Below, piece after piece: positions 29,798 through 38,763 of a stretch of 64,000 bases of DNA. The position numbers and the translations under genes are program-made. The first letter of the stretch is position 1, and every line of letters begins with the position of its first letter. Origin of the DNA: Candidatus Melainabacteria bacterium 17Bon1m (GTDB lineage Bacteria; Cyanobacteriota; Vampirovibrionia; Obscuribacterales; Obscuribacteraceae); the NCBI GenBank assembly GCA_032128875.1, contig JAVLKG010000004.1, positions 224,001 to 288,000 of the forward strand, given 5' to 3'. The notes beneath the pieces are model-generated. The model had not been told where the DNA came from. It was given only the letters and a program-made list of their open reading frames with translations, and did not search any database.

Positions 29798-30815
29798 GCC
29801 TCCACGGCGAATCAGTGCGCTTTCTCACTCGCTTCTCTTCTCGGCTGTGCTCGTTTGTCTAGTATCGTTTTCCACACCAGCATTTTCTGCAGACTTTACG
29901 CCGTTTCAAATTCAGAATTTTGTTGCTCGTGCCCGCGCCCTTGGTTCTGGTTCCAGCTCGAACTCGCAAGAAGCAGCGCAGCTAACAAGCGCTGCCAGTC
30001 TGATGTACAAGCAAGGAAACGTGCGCGAATCGCGTGAAATACTCTCAATAATATGTAATTCAAAGTACGTTGATTGCGTCTCTTTGTGCTCGCTGGCAGA
30101 TCATTACATCGATCAAGTTGGCGAAACAGACAAAGTACATTCAGGAGAAAAACTGCTACAGCGCGCTGCAAAATTGGACCCTAATTGTGGTCGAGCCTGG
30201 ACTACCCTGGCTGATTTGGCATTCAAGGACAGCAATCTAAGTTTGGCGCTCAAGTATTCGGATAAGTCGTTGAGCGTTATGCCGAAATCGAGGATGAATA
30301 GGCTTTCTTATATGGTGAGGGCGTCCATCCTGGCACAAATGAAGCGATACGACGAAGCTCTCGAGTGCGTGCGAAAGGCAGAGAGACCGGCTGGTTATAG
30401 AGCAGAACTTTGGCGTATAAAGGCGAGTATTCTTGAAAATTTGAATCGATACGCCGAGGCTGCAGCAGCCTATCGCACTGCTCTGTCAAAGAGTAAGCAA
30501 AACAAAGATTGGATGGTCTTTCAAATCGTCAGGTGCCTGGAGAAGCAAAACCTGAACAAAGAAGCTATCGGGGAGCTTGGGCAGCTCATTAAGACTAATC
30601 CTTCAGATGCCGAAGCTTACCGAATTCGTTCTGCCATCAAAACCAAAATCAATGATTTGAATGGTGCCATTGCAGATCTTTCCAAGGTTCTGGAATTGGA
30701 GCCGACGACAAAGAGTTTTACCGAGAGGGCAAAACTCTATAAGCGATTAGGCAAAAACGACCTGGCGAGAAAGGATGAGCGAGCGGCAGAAAAGCTCAAG
30801 GCAAGCCCGTTTTAA
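29769..30815 (+). CDS. Exported TPR protein
   Basis: Signal-like segment and multiple TPR motifs; start uncertain. Confidence 0.8.
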   Translation: MPNLILIKLEPPRRISALSHSLLFSAVLVCLVSFSTPAFSADFTPFQIQNFVARARALGSGSSSNSQEAAQLTSAASLMYKQGNVRESREILSIICNSKYVDCVSLCSLADHYIDQVGETDKVHSGEKLLQRAAKLDPNCGRAWTTLADLAFKDSNLSLALKYSDKSLSVMPKSRMNRLSYMVRASILAQMKRYDEALECVRKAERPAGYRAELWRIKASILENLNRYAEAAAAYRTALSKSKQNKDWMVFQIVRCLEKQNLNKEAIGELGQLIKTNPSDAEAYRIRSAIKTKINDLNGAIADLSKVLELEPTTKSFTERAKLYKRLGKNDLARKDERAAEKLKASPF

Positions 30816-31561
30816 TAACCAAGCAAGAGCTTTAGGCCTAAGACACTGCCGATGGTGATAAAGAGACCTTTGACGAAGCGAGTGCCCTTCTTTGCACCAA
30901 TGTGTGAGCCGATATAGGCACCACATACAGCGCCAATTACTGAGGGAATAATCAACGATAATTTCCAATTGCCGCGTGAGCCATACATTACTGATGCGAA
31001 TAAACACCAGAAAAATGACATAACATATGAGTAGCCGAGCGCTTCCAGCAGTTTGAATCCGCGTGTTTTTGTCAATATCGCGCTTGTAATGAGACTGTTT
31101 CCCGAGCCAAAAAACGATTCATAAAATCCTAAAGGAAATCCTGCCAGGCTCGTCAGCCAGCGGCTGGTGGTTGGTTCTTTCTTTTCGAGGCCGAACTCTT
31201 TTTTGAAAAAGGTGTAAGCAACTAGAGAAAGAATAATCACACCAATAACTCTCTGCATGTCTTTCGGATTGCTGTGCATCACGACTTGCGCCCCGAAAAA
31301 TGCGCCAATCAGACCGCACACTACCATGCAGCCTACCAGGCGCCAATCGACTTCGTGTCCGCGTAAGTAATTACGCGCAGCCACTAGCGTCCACATGGCG
31401 CCGGCAAGGGTGTTGGTCGCCATCGCAACGGGAAGAGGAAACCCCATCATCAGCCAAAAAGGAGTCGAAATCATATTGGAGCCGCCTCCGCACATCGAAC
31501 TTATCAGTGTCGACCCAAATGCGACTGCTGCAATTGCTGCGAATTGTGCGACGTCAACCAA
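30812..31561 (-). CDS. TauE/SafE-family (TSUP) membrane protein
   Basis: GGG...P, A.ATN and GFY..FFG.G motifs; about 8 TM segments. Confidence 0.88.
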   Translation of the reverse strand: MVDVAQFAAIAAVAFGSTLISSMCGGGSNMISTPFWLMMGFPLPVAMATNTLAGAMWTLVAARNYLRGHEVDWRLVGCMVVCGLIGAFFGAQVVMHSNPKDMQRVIGVIILSLVAYTFFKKEFGLEKKEPTTSRWLTSLAGFPLGFYESFFGSGNSLITSAILTKTRGFKLLEALGYSYVMSFFWCLFASVMYGSRGNWKLSLIIPSVIGAVCGAYIGSHIGAKKGTRFVKGLFITIGSVLGLKLLLGY

Positions 31562-31648
31562 TGACTATTCACCGGATTTCAAGACATTAAAGCGTATCAG
31601 ATGCTGTAAATTATTCTATGGACGTTTTCGGGTAGTTGAAGTTCGGCT

Positions 31649-32326
31649 ATGGCCAAGATTCTTGTCGTTGAAGATGATGAAAGCCTCTCGCGGATGGTAT
31701 CCGAGTGGTTGTCTGGCGAGCACCACAATGTAGAGTGCAGCTTTGATGGTGCCGATGCCAGTGAGCGCTTGAGATTCTATGAGTTCGACCTGGTTATTCT
31801 CGATCTCAATTTGCCGAGCATGGGTGGCATCAAGATCTTGCGTGAGTTTCGCGCGGCCGGCAGAACGACACCGGTGCTGATACTTACTGGACAAGACCGT
31901 ATTGAAGATAAGGAAATTGGTTTAGACAGCGGCGCTGATGATTATTTGACCAAGCCTTTCAATATGAAAGAGCTTTCCGCGCGCGTTAGAGCAATATTGC
32001 GCAGACCAAGCAGTTATGCCGGCAACAAGCTGGTTTCACGTGGTCTCGAGCTGGACACAGGCAACCATTCTGTCAAAGTGAACGGCAATGATGTTGCGCT
32101 TTTGCCAAAAGAATTTCAACTTTTAGAATTTCTGATGCGCCATCCTGATCAGGTTTTTAGCGCTGATGCTTTGCTAAATCGTGTTTGGGCTTCTGCATCG
32201 GATTCGAGTATTGATGCATTGACTACCTGCGTGAAGCGTCTGCGCAAGAAAATCGACGTTGATGGATCGCCGTCATTCATAAAAACAGTTCATGGTGTCG
32301 GATATAAGTTGTTTACCGGCGACTAG
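31649..32326 (+). CDS. OmpR-family response regulator
   Basis: REC domain (LD..LP, GADDYLTKPF) plus winged helix (IKTVHGVGY). Confidence 0.95.
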   Translation: MAKILVVEDDESLSRMVSEWLSGEHHNVECSFDGADASERLRFYEFDLVILDLNLPSMGGIKILREFRAAGRTTPVLILTGQDRIEDKEIGLDSGADDYLTKPFNMKELSARVRAILRRPSSYAGNKLVSRGLELDTGNHSVKVNGNDVALLPKEFQLLEFLMRHPDQVFSADALLNRVWASASDSSIDALTTCVKRLRKKIDVDGSPSFIKTVHGVGYKLFTGD

Positions 32327-32377
32327 TTCAAAAACATCAGTCTATAACTTAGTTTGTAACCGTATTCCAAAAAGATT

Positions 32378-32406
32378 GAAGGGGAGCCGCGTGAAAGCTC
32401 CCCTTC
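32378..32406. terminator. Hairpin between convergent genes, likely terminator
   Basis: GAAGGGGAGC...GCTCCCCTTC 10-bp stem. Confidence 0.6.
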
Positions 32407-32447
32407 GAGTAAGTAGTTTTGGATGAATGAAAGTTATTTGGTAGCTG

Positions 32448-33026
32448 TTATTTTCCTTTTCCGTAGATTTGAGCTTTCACAGATGTCTTGGTCGTTCTTG
32501 AGCTACCTCCTATAGCTTGACCGTATGCGCTTTCTGCATTGTTTCCATAACTCAGAACACCGAAGCAGTCTTGCGATGATCCGCGCACTGCCGATGCTAA
32601 TTGACCTTGGGCTTGATTGAACCTCAGTTTGGCACTGACACCAGTGCTGCGTGAAGCCATCTCTTCGGCCGAATATTGAGCTCTGTGGTTTTCAGGCAAG
32701 GGCGCAGACTTGCATCTCATGCTTGAGTGACTGCGATATATAGGTAGAGGGGCGGCGTTATTGGTGCCCTTTCCTGTCCGGTGAGAGCTGGTCATTTGCG
32801 AGTAGCGGGTTTGTGGGTCCCAATAGAATTGGCCAAGGTTTGGAGAAGTTCTGACCAAACCTGTTTCCCAACCCGCGACTCTGTAGGCGGTGCGTTGTGA
32901 ATGAGTTACTACAACATCTTCCGCTTGCTGCGCAAAAGCTGGAGCGGCGATGAGTACGAGGCCGAAGCCTGCAAATATAGAGAGGATTGCGAAGCAAAGC
33001 TTGCGCTTAGTATCGTGCACACTCAT
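32448..33026 (-). CDS. Secreted hypothetical protein
   Basis: Signal peptide ending AFA; AAGGA RBS. Confidence 0.75.
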   Translation of the reverse strand: MSVHDTKRKLCFAILSIFAGFGLVLIAAPAFAQQAEDVVVTHSQRTAYRVAGWETGLVRTSPNLGQFYWDPQTRYSQMTSSHRTGKGTNNAAPLPIYRSHSSMRCKSAPLPENHRAQYSAEEMASRSTGVSAKLRFNQAQGQLASAVRGSSQDCFGVLSYGNNAESAYGQAIGGSSRTTKTSVKAQIYGKGK

Positions 33027-33172
33027 TTAGTTTTTCCTTTAGTAATTAGAATCTGACGGGGGCGGTTTAATGCGGAAAGAGTGCGATTTCCTGAATCATG
33101 CCACTGAAAGATTGCAAACTTGTTTCAACGAAGAGGCTGGGTCTAGCTTTAGATTAAATGTAAAGGGGTGGG

Positions 33173-33189
33173 CGTGAAAACATCGTGAA
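33173..33189. promoter_or_regulatory. 11-bp-period direct repeat (candidate OmpR/PhoB box)
   Basis: CGTGAA at 33173 and 33184. Confidence 0.35.
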
Positions 33190-33371
33190 CACGAACGCCC
33201 GCCTGAAAAAAGCTCAGTTGACAGAAACGCCAATTGGTGGGAGTGGTCGGGTTTTTAAAGGAGAAATGGCGTGAAACTCTGACCGCCCGATCCCTTACTA
33301 AGCCAAATTTCGACTAAAATTGTTCTGCTGTCTCGGCCCGGCCGAGTTTACTACCTATCTTAGAATCCCAA

Positions 33372-35558
33372 ATGCGCATTTTACCTGGCAAGCCACATCC
33401 CTTAGGAGCAACATGGGACGGGCTCGGCGTCAATTTTGCTATCTTCTCGGAGAATGCCTCCCGGGTCGAGCTATGCCTTTTCGACTCGCCGGACGATAAG
33501 CACGAGTCAATTCGCATTGAGATGCCCGAGTACAACAACCAGGTCTATCACGTCTATTTGAAAGACATTCGTCCGGGTCAAATATATGGATACCGAGTGC
33601 ACGGCGCATATGACCCGGAAAATGGTCTGCGCTTCAATTCCAATAAAATCTTGCTCGATCCTTATGCCAAGTCCATTGCTCGTGACCTTATCTGGGACGA
33701 CAGTCTTTTTCCGTACATTGTCGGCAACAAAAAAGAAGACATGGTGCGCGACGATCGCGATAATGCCGCGTTTGCGCCTCTCGGTGCCGTAGTCGACCAT
33801 TCATTTACCTGGGGCGACGACAGGTTGCTCCAAACACCATGGCACCAAACGGTCATTTATGAAGCACATGTAAAAGGGCTTACCGCGCTGCACCCTGAAC
33901 TGCCTAAGGATATTCGCGGCACGTATGCAGCCATTGCGTCTGAGCCAATCATCAAGCATTTGAAAAGCCTCGGCGTCACTGCGATTGAATTGATGCCGAT
34001 ACATCATCGCGTCGATAATCAAAACCTTGTGAAGGCCGGCCTCGCCAATTACTGGGGCTATAACACCCTTTCTTACTTTGCTCCGGACATCAGATACTCT
34101 CACTATAAAGGTAGTGTCGATGCTGTCCGCGAGTTCAAAATGATGGTGCGAGCACTGCACGCCGCGGGCATCGAAGTGATACTGGATGTGGTGTATAACC
34201 ACACGGCTGAGGGCAACCACCTTGGACCGACACTCTCCTTTCGGGGCATCGACAACACTTGCTATTACCGCACGATGGCGAAAGACCAGCGCTTTTACAT
34301 GGACTACACCGGCTGCGGCAACACGCTCAACATGATGCATCCGCGCGTGCTCCAATTGATCATGGATAGCTTGCGTTATTGGATCCAAGAAATGCACGTT
34401 GATGGTTTCCGCTTTGACCTCGCCAGTGCGCTTGCTCGCGAACTTTATGACGTCGACAAGTTGAGCGCTTTCTTTGATGTTATTCAGCAAGACCCGGTTG
34501 TTTCGCAGGTCAAGCTCATTGCAGAGCCCTGGGATATCGGCGAAGGTGGATATCAGGTTGGAAATTTCCCGGTTTTGTGGACTGAATGGAACGGCAAATA
34601 TCGCGATTCTGTTCGTCAGTATTGGCGCGGCGATCCGAATATGCTCGGGCAGATGGCGACCAGACTGACCGGCTCCAGCGATCTATATGCTCACAGCGGT
34701 CGCAGCCCGCACGCTTCCATCAATTTTGTCACTTGCCACGATGGTTTTACGCTTCGAGATCTAGTCAGCTATAACGAGAAGCATAATATCGCCAATTTGG
34801 AAAACAACCGCGACGGTGAAAACCATAACATCGGTTGGAACATGGGTGTCGAAGGCGAAACCGACGATGAAGATATCATCAACCTGCGTTTGCAGCAGCG
34901 AAGGAATTTCTTCGCTACCCTGATGCTTTCCCTCGGTGTGCCGATGATTAGCGGTGGTGATGAAGTTGGCCGGACGCAGAAAGGCAACAATAACGCTTAT
35001 TGCCAGGACAACGAGATCAGTTGGACAAATTGGGATTACAGCGAGAAAGAGAAAGAGTTTCTGAGCTTTGTTCAAAAGCTTGCTGCAATCAGAACATCCC
35101 AACCTGTGCTTCAACGGCGCAAGTTTTTCAAAGGACAAATCCGAGTCGGTCCTTCTCAAACGAAAGACATCATATGGTTGAATGCCGACGGCACAGAGAT
35201 GAAGCAAATTGATTGGGATGACGAAGAAAGACGGCATCTAGCGGTCATCTTCGAAGGTGGTCATATGGAGGAGATGGATGACGAAGGCAACGAGGTCACT
35301 GGTGACACGTTGTTGCTTTTGCTCAATTCTCACTGGAAGGAAAAAAACTTTCACTTGCCGCCCAGCCAGGTCGACAAATATTGGCGAATGTTCGCGCCAC
35401 AAATGATGGACAAGACATGGAAGCTTTTGATCGAAACGACGGGCATCATGAGTCCCAGCTGCTGGGAGCCGCAGAGCCAATTTAAGCTTGGTCCTCGGAG
35501 TATGGCGCTGTTTATGCTGCAAGATAAGGATGAAAACACGCTGCCGGATGCACTCTAG
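33372..35558 (+). CDS. glgX: Glycogen debranching enzyme
   Basis: PLGATWDG.GVNF, NYWGY, DVVYNHTAEG, DGFRFDLA and GNNNAYCQDN motifs. Confidence 0.97.
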   Translation: MRILPGKPHPLGATWDGLGVNFAIFSENASRVELCLFDSPDDKHESIRIEMPEYNNQVYHVYLKDIRPGQIYGYRVHGAYDPENGLRFNSNKILLDPYAKSIARDLIWDDSLFPYIVGNKKEDMVRDDRDNAAFAPLGAVVDHSFTWGDDRLLQTPWHQTVIYEAHVKGLTALHPELPKDIRGTYAAIASEPIIKHLKSLGVTAIELMPIHHRVDNQNLVKAGLANYWGYNTLSYFAPDIRYSHYKGSVDAVREFKMMVRALHAAGIEVILDVVYNHTAEGNHLGPTLSFRGIDNTCYYRTMAKDQRFYMDYTGCGNTLNMMHPRVLQLIMDSLRYWIQEMHVDGFRFDLASALARELYDVDKLSAFFDVIQQDPVVSQVKLIAEPWDIGEGGYQVGNFPVLWTEWNGKYRDSVRQYWRGDPNMLGQMATRLTGSSDLYAHSGRSPHASINFVTCHDGFTLRDLVSYNEKHNIANLENNRDGENHNIGWNMGVEGETDDEDIINLRLQQRRNFFATLMLSLGVPMISGGDEVGRTQKGNNNAYCQDNEISWTNWDYSEKEKEFLSFVQKLAAIRTSQPVLQRRKFFKGQIRVGPSQTKDIIWLNADGTEMKQIDWDDEERRHLAVIFEGGHMEEMDDEGNEVTGDTLLLLLNSHWKEKNFHLPPSQVDKYWRMFAPQMMDKTWKLLIETTGIMSPSCWEPQSQFKLGPRSMALFMLQDKDENTLPDAL

Positions 35559-35596
35559 GTGAGCGTGAGCCGCAAATTCCAGTGAGGTAGATAGAC

Positions 35597-36442
35597 GTGA
35601 AAACCTACAATGATTTGTTTGTTCCAAACTTCATGTACGGAACCGCGTGGAAGAAAGATGCGACGAAAGGTCTGGTAGAACTTGCAGTCGAATCAGGATT
35701 CACCGCCATTGATACCGCAAATCAACTTCGTCACTACTATGAAATTGGCGTTGGTGAGGCATTGTTGGAACTTGCAAAGAAAGGCATCAAGCGCGAATCC
35801 TTGTTTCTCCAGACGAAGTTCACTTCCATTGATGGACAGGGCGATCACACACCCTATGATCCAAAGGCAAATCTGACCACTCAAGTAAACCAATCAATTG
35901 ATAGTTCTTTGCAGCACCTTCATACCGATGTTCTCGATTCCTACGTTTTGCACGGTCCTTATACTCGCTACGGGCTAAGCGATTCTGATTGGGAAGTATG
36001 GGCGGCAATTGAGGAGCAATATCAGAAAGGTAAAACGAAATCGATTGGCGTCAGTAATGTCTCTGCCGATCAACTTGCGTTGCTGGTGTCAAAGGCTAAA
36101 GTAAAACCGATGTTCTGCCAGAATCGCTGCTATGCGGTGCGAGGTTGGGATAAGGAAACTCGCAAGATTTGCCTGGCAGAAAACATCATCTATCAAGGCT
36201 TTTCTCTGCTCACTGCTAACGCTCGGGAAATGGCCGACCCCGCGGTACGCGCAATTGCAAAACGTTTGGGTACCGGAGTAGAGCAGGTGATATTCAAGTT
36301 CTCCTCGCAAATTGGCATGCTGCCATTGACTGGCACATCCAATGCAAGTCATATGAAAGATGATCTCGCGTCAGAGAAACTCACTTTGACGGATGAAGAC
36401 ATGAATCTGATTGAAAATATCGGACTCTCTGCTCTTCGTTAA
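35597..36442 (+). CDS. Aldo/keto reductase
   Basis: YGTAW, IDTA...Y, LQTKF and IGVSN motifs. Confidence 0.9.
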   Translation: MKTYNDLFVPNFMYGTAWKKDATKGLVELAVESGFTAIDTANQLRHYYEIGVGEALLELAKKGIKRESLFLQTKFTSIDGQGDHTPYDPKANLTTQVNQSIDSSLQHLHTDVLDSYVLHGPYTRYGLSDSDWEVWAAIEEQYQKGKTKSIGVSNVSADQLALLVSKAKVKPMFCQNRCYAVRGWDKETRKICLAENIIYQGFSLLTANAREMADPAVRAIAKRLGTGVEQVIFKFSSQIGMLPLTGTSNASHMKDDLASEKLTLTDEDMNLIENIGLSALR

Positions 36443-36445
36443 AGC

Positions 36446-36527
36446 ATCGTGGGGGCGCGTTGCATGCGCCCGTTTTGTAGGGGCGATGCCATGCATCGCC
36501 CTCGGTCGGCATGAATGCCGCCCCTAC
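36446..36527. repeat. Cluster of three GTAG/GTGG-type REP-like palindromes
   Basis: GTGG-GGGCGCGTTGCATGCGCCC, GTAG-GGGCGATGCCATGCATCGCCC and an inverted unit ending GCCCCTAC. Confidence 0.75.
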
Positions 36528-36727
36528 ACCGGAGAGAGTCTAAGCATTCTTTTTCTCTATATTCATTTGCTATCTGACTCTTGCAAAAAAGTTAAACCTG
36601 TCAAAGAACGGGAAACTTTTGGAGGTCAGACAGTCTAGTTATTCATCAAGTAAACGCTGAGTTGGGCTGTAAAGCTCATGATAACTTTGCCGTAAAGACC
36701 AGTTGCTATCTTAGTAGGGAAAAGAAT

Positions 36728-37120
36728 ATGGAAACGCGAGGCTCGTCGAATGCCGGTGAAATGGCTGGCGAAATTGTCAGAAGAATTGGCGACAGCATTT
36801 TGGAAGAATATGGAATGTTGAATGCTGAGCTGATGGAATTGCCAAAACCATTTCGCAGTGTTCGTTCACTCGACGCAGTGCGACAAACGAAAGTCAGTGG
36901 TCGTGTCAACCGCGAAACGGCATTCATCAATAAAGATGGCGTGTTGATCGTTCATTACTGGTCTAAGCTGGGGCATCTTATTGCTGAAGCCTGGGACCAT
37001 ATCGAGCCTACGCAACCGCACTATCTGGAGATTTGCTTTAAGCACGGTCTAAAGCAAGTTGGCGATCGCAATGTGATTGCGCTCGAATGGAATAACGGCG
37101 GCTGGAAGAAAGTCGCTTAG
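36728..37120 (+). CDS. Hypothetical protein
   Basis: ORF from METRG with purine-rich upstream sequence. Confidence 0.6.
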   Translation: METRGSSNAGEMAGEIVRRIGDSILEEYGMLNAELMELPKPFRSVRSLDAVRQTKVSGRVNRETAFINKDGVLIVHYWSKLGHLIAEAWDHIEPTQPHYLEICFKHGLKQVGDRNVIALEWNNGGWKKVA

Positions 37121-37134
37121 AGTTTCAATTCTGT

Positions 37135-37187
37135 GTAAGGGACGCGTACGCGCGTCCCTGGCAGGGAGCCGCATGCGGCTCGCCTAC
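37135..37187. repeat. REP-like doublet
   Basis: GTAA-GGGACGCG-tacg-CGCGTCCC and GAGCCGCATGCGGCTC-GCCTAC. Confidence 0.6.
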
Positions 37188-37253
37188 ACGACATTTTGGC
37201 AACAATTTTTTTCGCGTGCTTTACTCAATGTACCTCACAAGGAGGGCAAGAGT

Positions 37254-38276
37254 ATGGAAAGCGCGAGAGTATACCAAGTATTCAATGATGAACCTGCTGA
37301 GCTAAATGCCGCAATTGCCGCTCCAGGTCTAGATGTTCAGTATGCGGATTCGGAGTTGCTGGATTCGTATTCCAAGACTATTATTTCTTCGCTCGATCGC
37401 GTCTCTCCTGCAGTCGTTTATATCGAGGTGACAAAGGAAGGGCGACGCGGTCAGCAAACCGGCGGTGGGTCTGGGTTTATCTTCACCCCTGACGGCTACA
37501 TATTCACCAATAGTCATGTTGTTCATGGCGCCAAAGAAATCAATGTTTCTTTAGCAGATGGACGCACAGTATCCGGCAGGCTCATTGGTGAGGACGAAGA
37601 TACTGATCTGGCGGTCGTTCAGATATGGGCACCAAATGCGGAGCCTGTGAAACTAGGAGACTCGCAAGCACTGACACCAGGACAAGTCGTAATCGCTATC
37701 GGGAATCCGTTCGGGTTTCAGAGCACTGTTACTGCAGGCATAATCAGTGCGCTTGGGCGCTCGATGCGGGCCGAATCAGGACGGTTGATCGACAACATCA
37801 TTCAGACAGACGCCGCGCTCAATCCCGGCAACTCCGGCGGTCCATTGGTCAATTCGCGCGGAGAAGTGATCGGCGTGAATACAGCAGTGATCCTTCCAGC
37901 GCAAGGAATCTGTCTTGCTGTTCCTATCAACACAGCTAAATCAGTGGCTTTTGCACTGATGCGCGATGGTTTTGTCAGAAGAGGTTGGCTTGGTGTTGCC
38001 GCACAAACAATAGCTGTACGCACTCGTTTGTCGCGTTTCCACCAGATATTCAATACAGGAGCAGTCTTGCTCATCGGCATCGAGCCCGACTCCCCAGCCA
38101 AACGTGCAGGGCTTCGTGAAGGCGATGCGCTTGTGAGCATCAACGGTCAAACAGTCAATTCAGTTGATGACTTACACCGAATGATGCTCACTATTCAGAC
38201 TGATAAGGACAGCACAATAAATGTAATCCGTCATTCTGAGCTGCTTTCTATACCGGTCACTCCGGTTCTGAAATAG
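37254..38276 (+). CDS. HtrA/DegP-like S1C serine protease with one PDZ domain, no signal peptide
   Basis: TNSHVV, DLAVV and NPGNSGGPL triad motifs; GGAGG RBS before ATG 37254. Confidence 0.93.
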   Translation: MESARVYQVFNDEPAELNAAIAAPGLDVQYADSELLDSYSKTIISSLDRVSPAVVYIEVTKEGRRGQQTGGGSGFIFTPDGYIFTNSHVVHGAKEINVSLADGRTVSGRLIGEDEDTDLAVVQIWAPNAEPVKLGDSQALTPGQVVIAIGNPFGFQSTVTAGIISALGRSMRAESGRLIDNIIQTDAALNPGNSGGPLVNSRGEVIGVNTAVILPAQGICLAVPINTAKSVAFALMRDGFVRRGWLGVAAQTIAVRTRLSRFHQIFNTGAVLLIGIEPDSPAKRAGLREGDALVSINGQTVNSVDDLHRMMLTIQTDKDSTINVIRHSELLSIPVTPVLK

Positions 38277-38327
38277 CTCTAGATGCGCTGAGCGCTCTCA
38301 GGAGAGAACGGCTCGTGACGATTGCTG

Positions 38328-38486
38328 TCAGCGACGATTGAAATTGGAAAAGAAGGAATAAACCGGCGTGTGGAAATCGTGCTGATACACAGGCTTGTGC
38401 ATATCATGCTCTTGTTCGTTGACACTTACTTTAGCTTCTTCTTGAATTTGGGCGGACTCTTGGGGTTTGAGAGTTTGCTCTGGCAT
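38328..38486 (-). CDS. Small 52-aa protein with duplicated HDxHxPVY motif
   Basis: Manual translation MPEQTLKPQESAQIQEEAKVSVNEQEHDMHKPVYQHDFHTPVYSFFSNFNRR; AGGAG RBS 9 nt upstream. Confidence 0.6.
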   Translation of the reverse strand: MPEQTLKPQESAQIQEEAKVSVNEQEHDMHKPVYQHDFHTPVYSFFSNFNRR

Positions 38487-38763
38487 AGTAATGGCTCCTG
38501 GGGAGGCAAGAACGTTCTAACACAAGACCAGGGTGGGCTTTGCGTAAGACCTGGGGAGATTGGGAGGGATTTCCTTATGACAACACCATAACTCACAAAT
38601 GTTTCAACATTGTTGCTGGCTGAAACGATGCGCCAGCTAGCCTTGCCGGATTTCATAGGGAGAGCGGACGCTCCAAATGCCACAACATTAAACGCCTCGT
38701 GAGGGGCCGCGAGCGTTCGGAAGTGCAGCATTTAAAGACCCAGGGTTCCGGCCTGGCGAGAAC

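Noticed and set aside
36573-36630. Imperfect long hairpin TCTGAC...GTCAGA
   Set aside because: Single copy, weak pairing, no family resemblance.
37077-37253. N-terminal extension of HtrA in the ORF track (similarly 60398-60463 for the PLP lyase)
   Set aside because: The extensions run through REP-like hairpins; better RBS-supported starts are at 37254 and 60464.
38426-38731. 101-aa minus-strand ORF and 89-aa plus-strand ORF at 38322
   Set aside because: No convincing RBS or motifs; the 52-aa ORF at 38328-38486 has better support.
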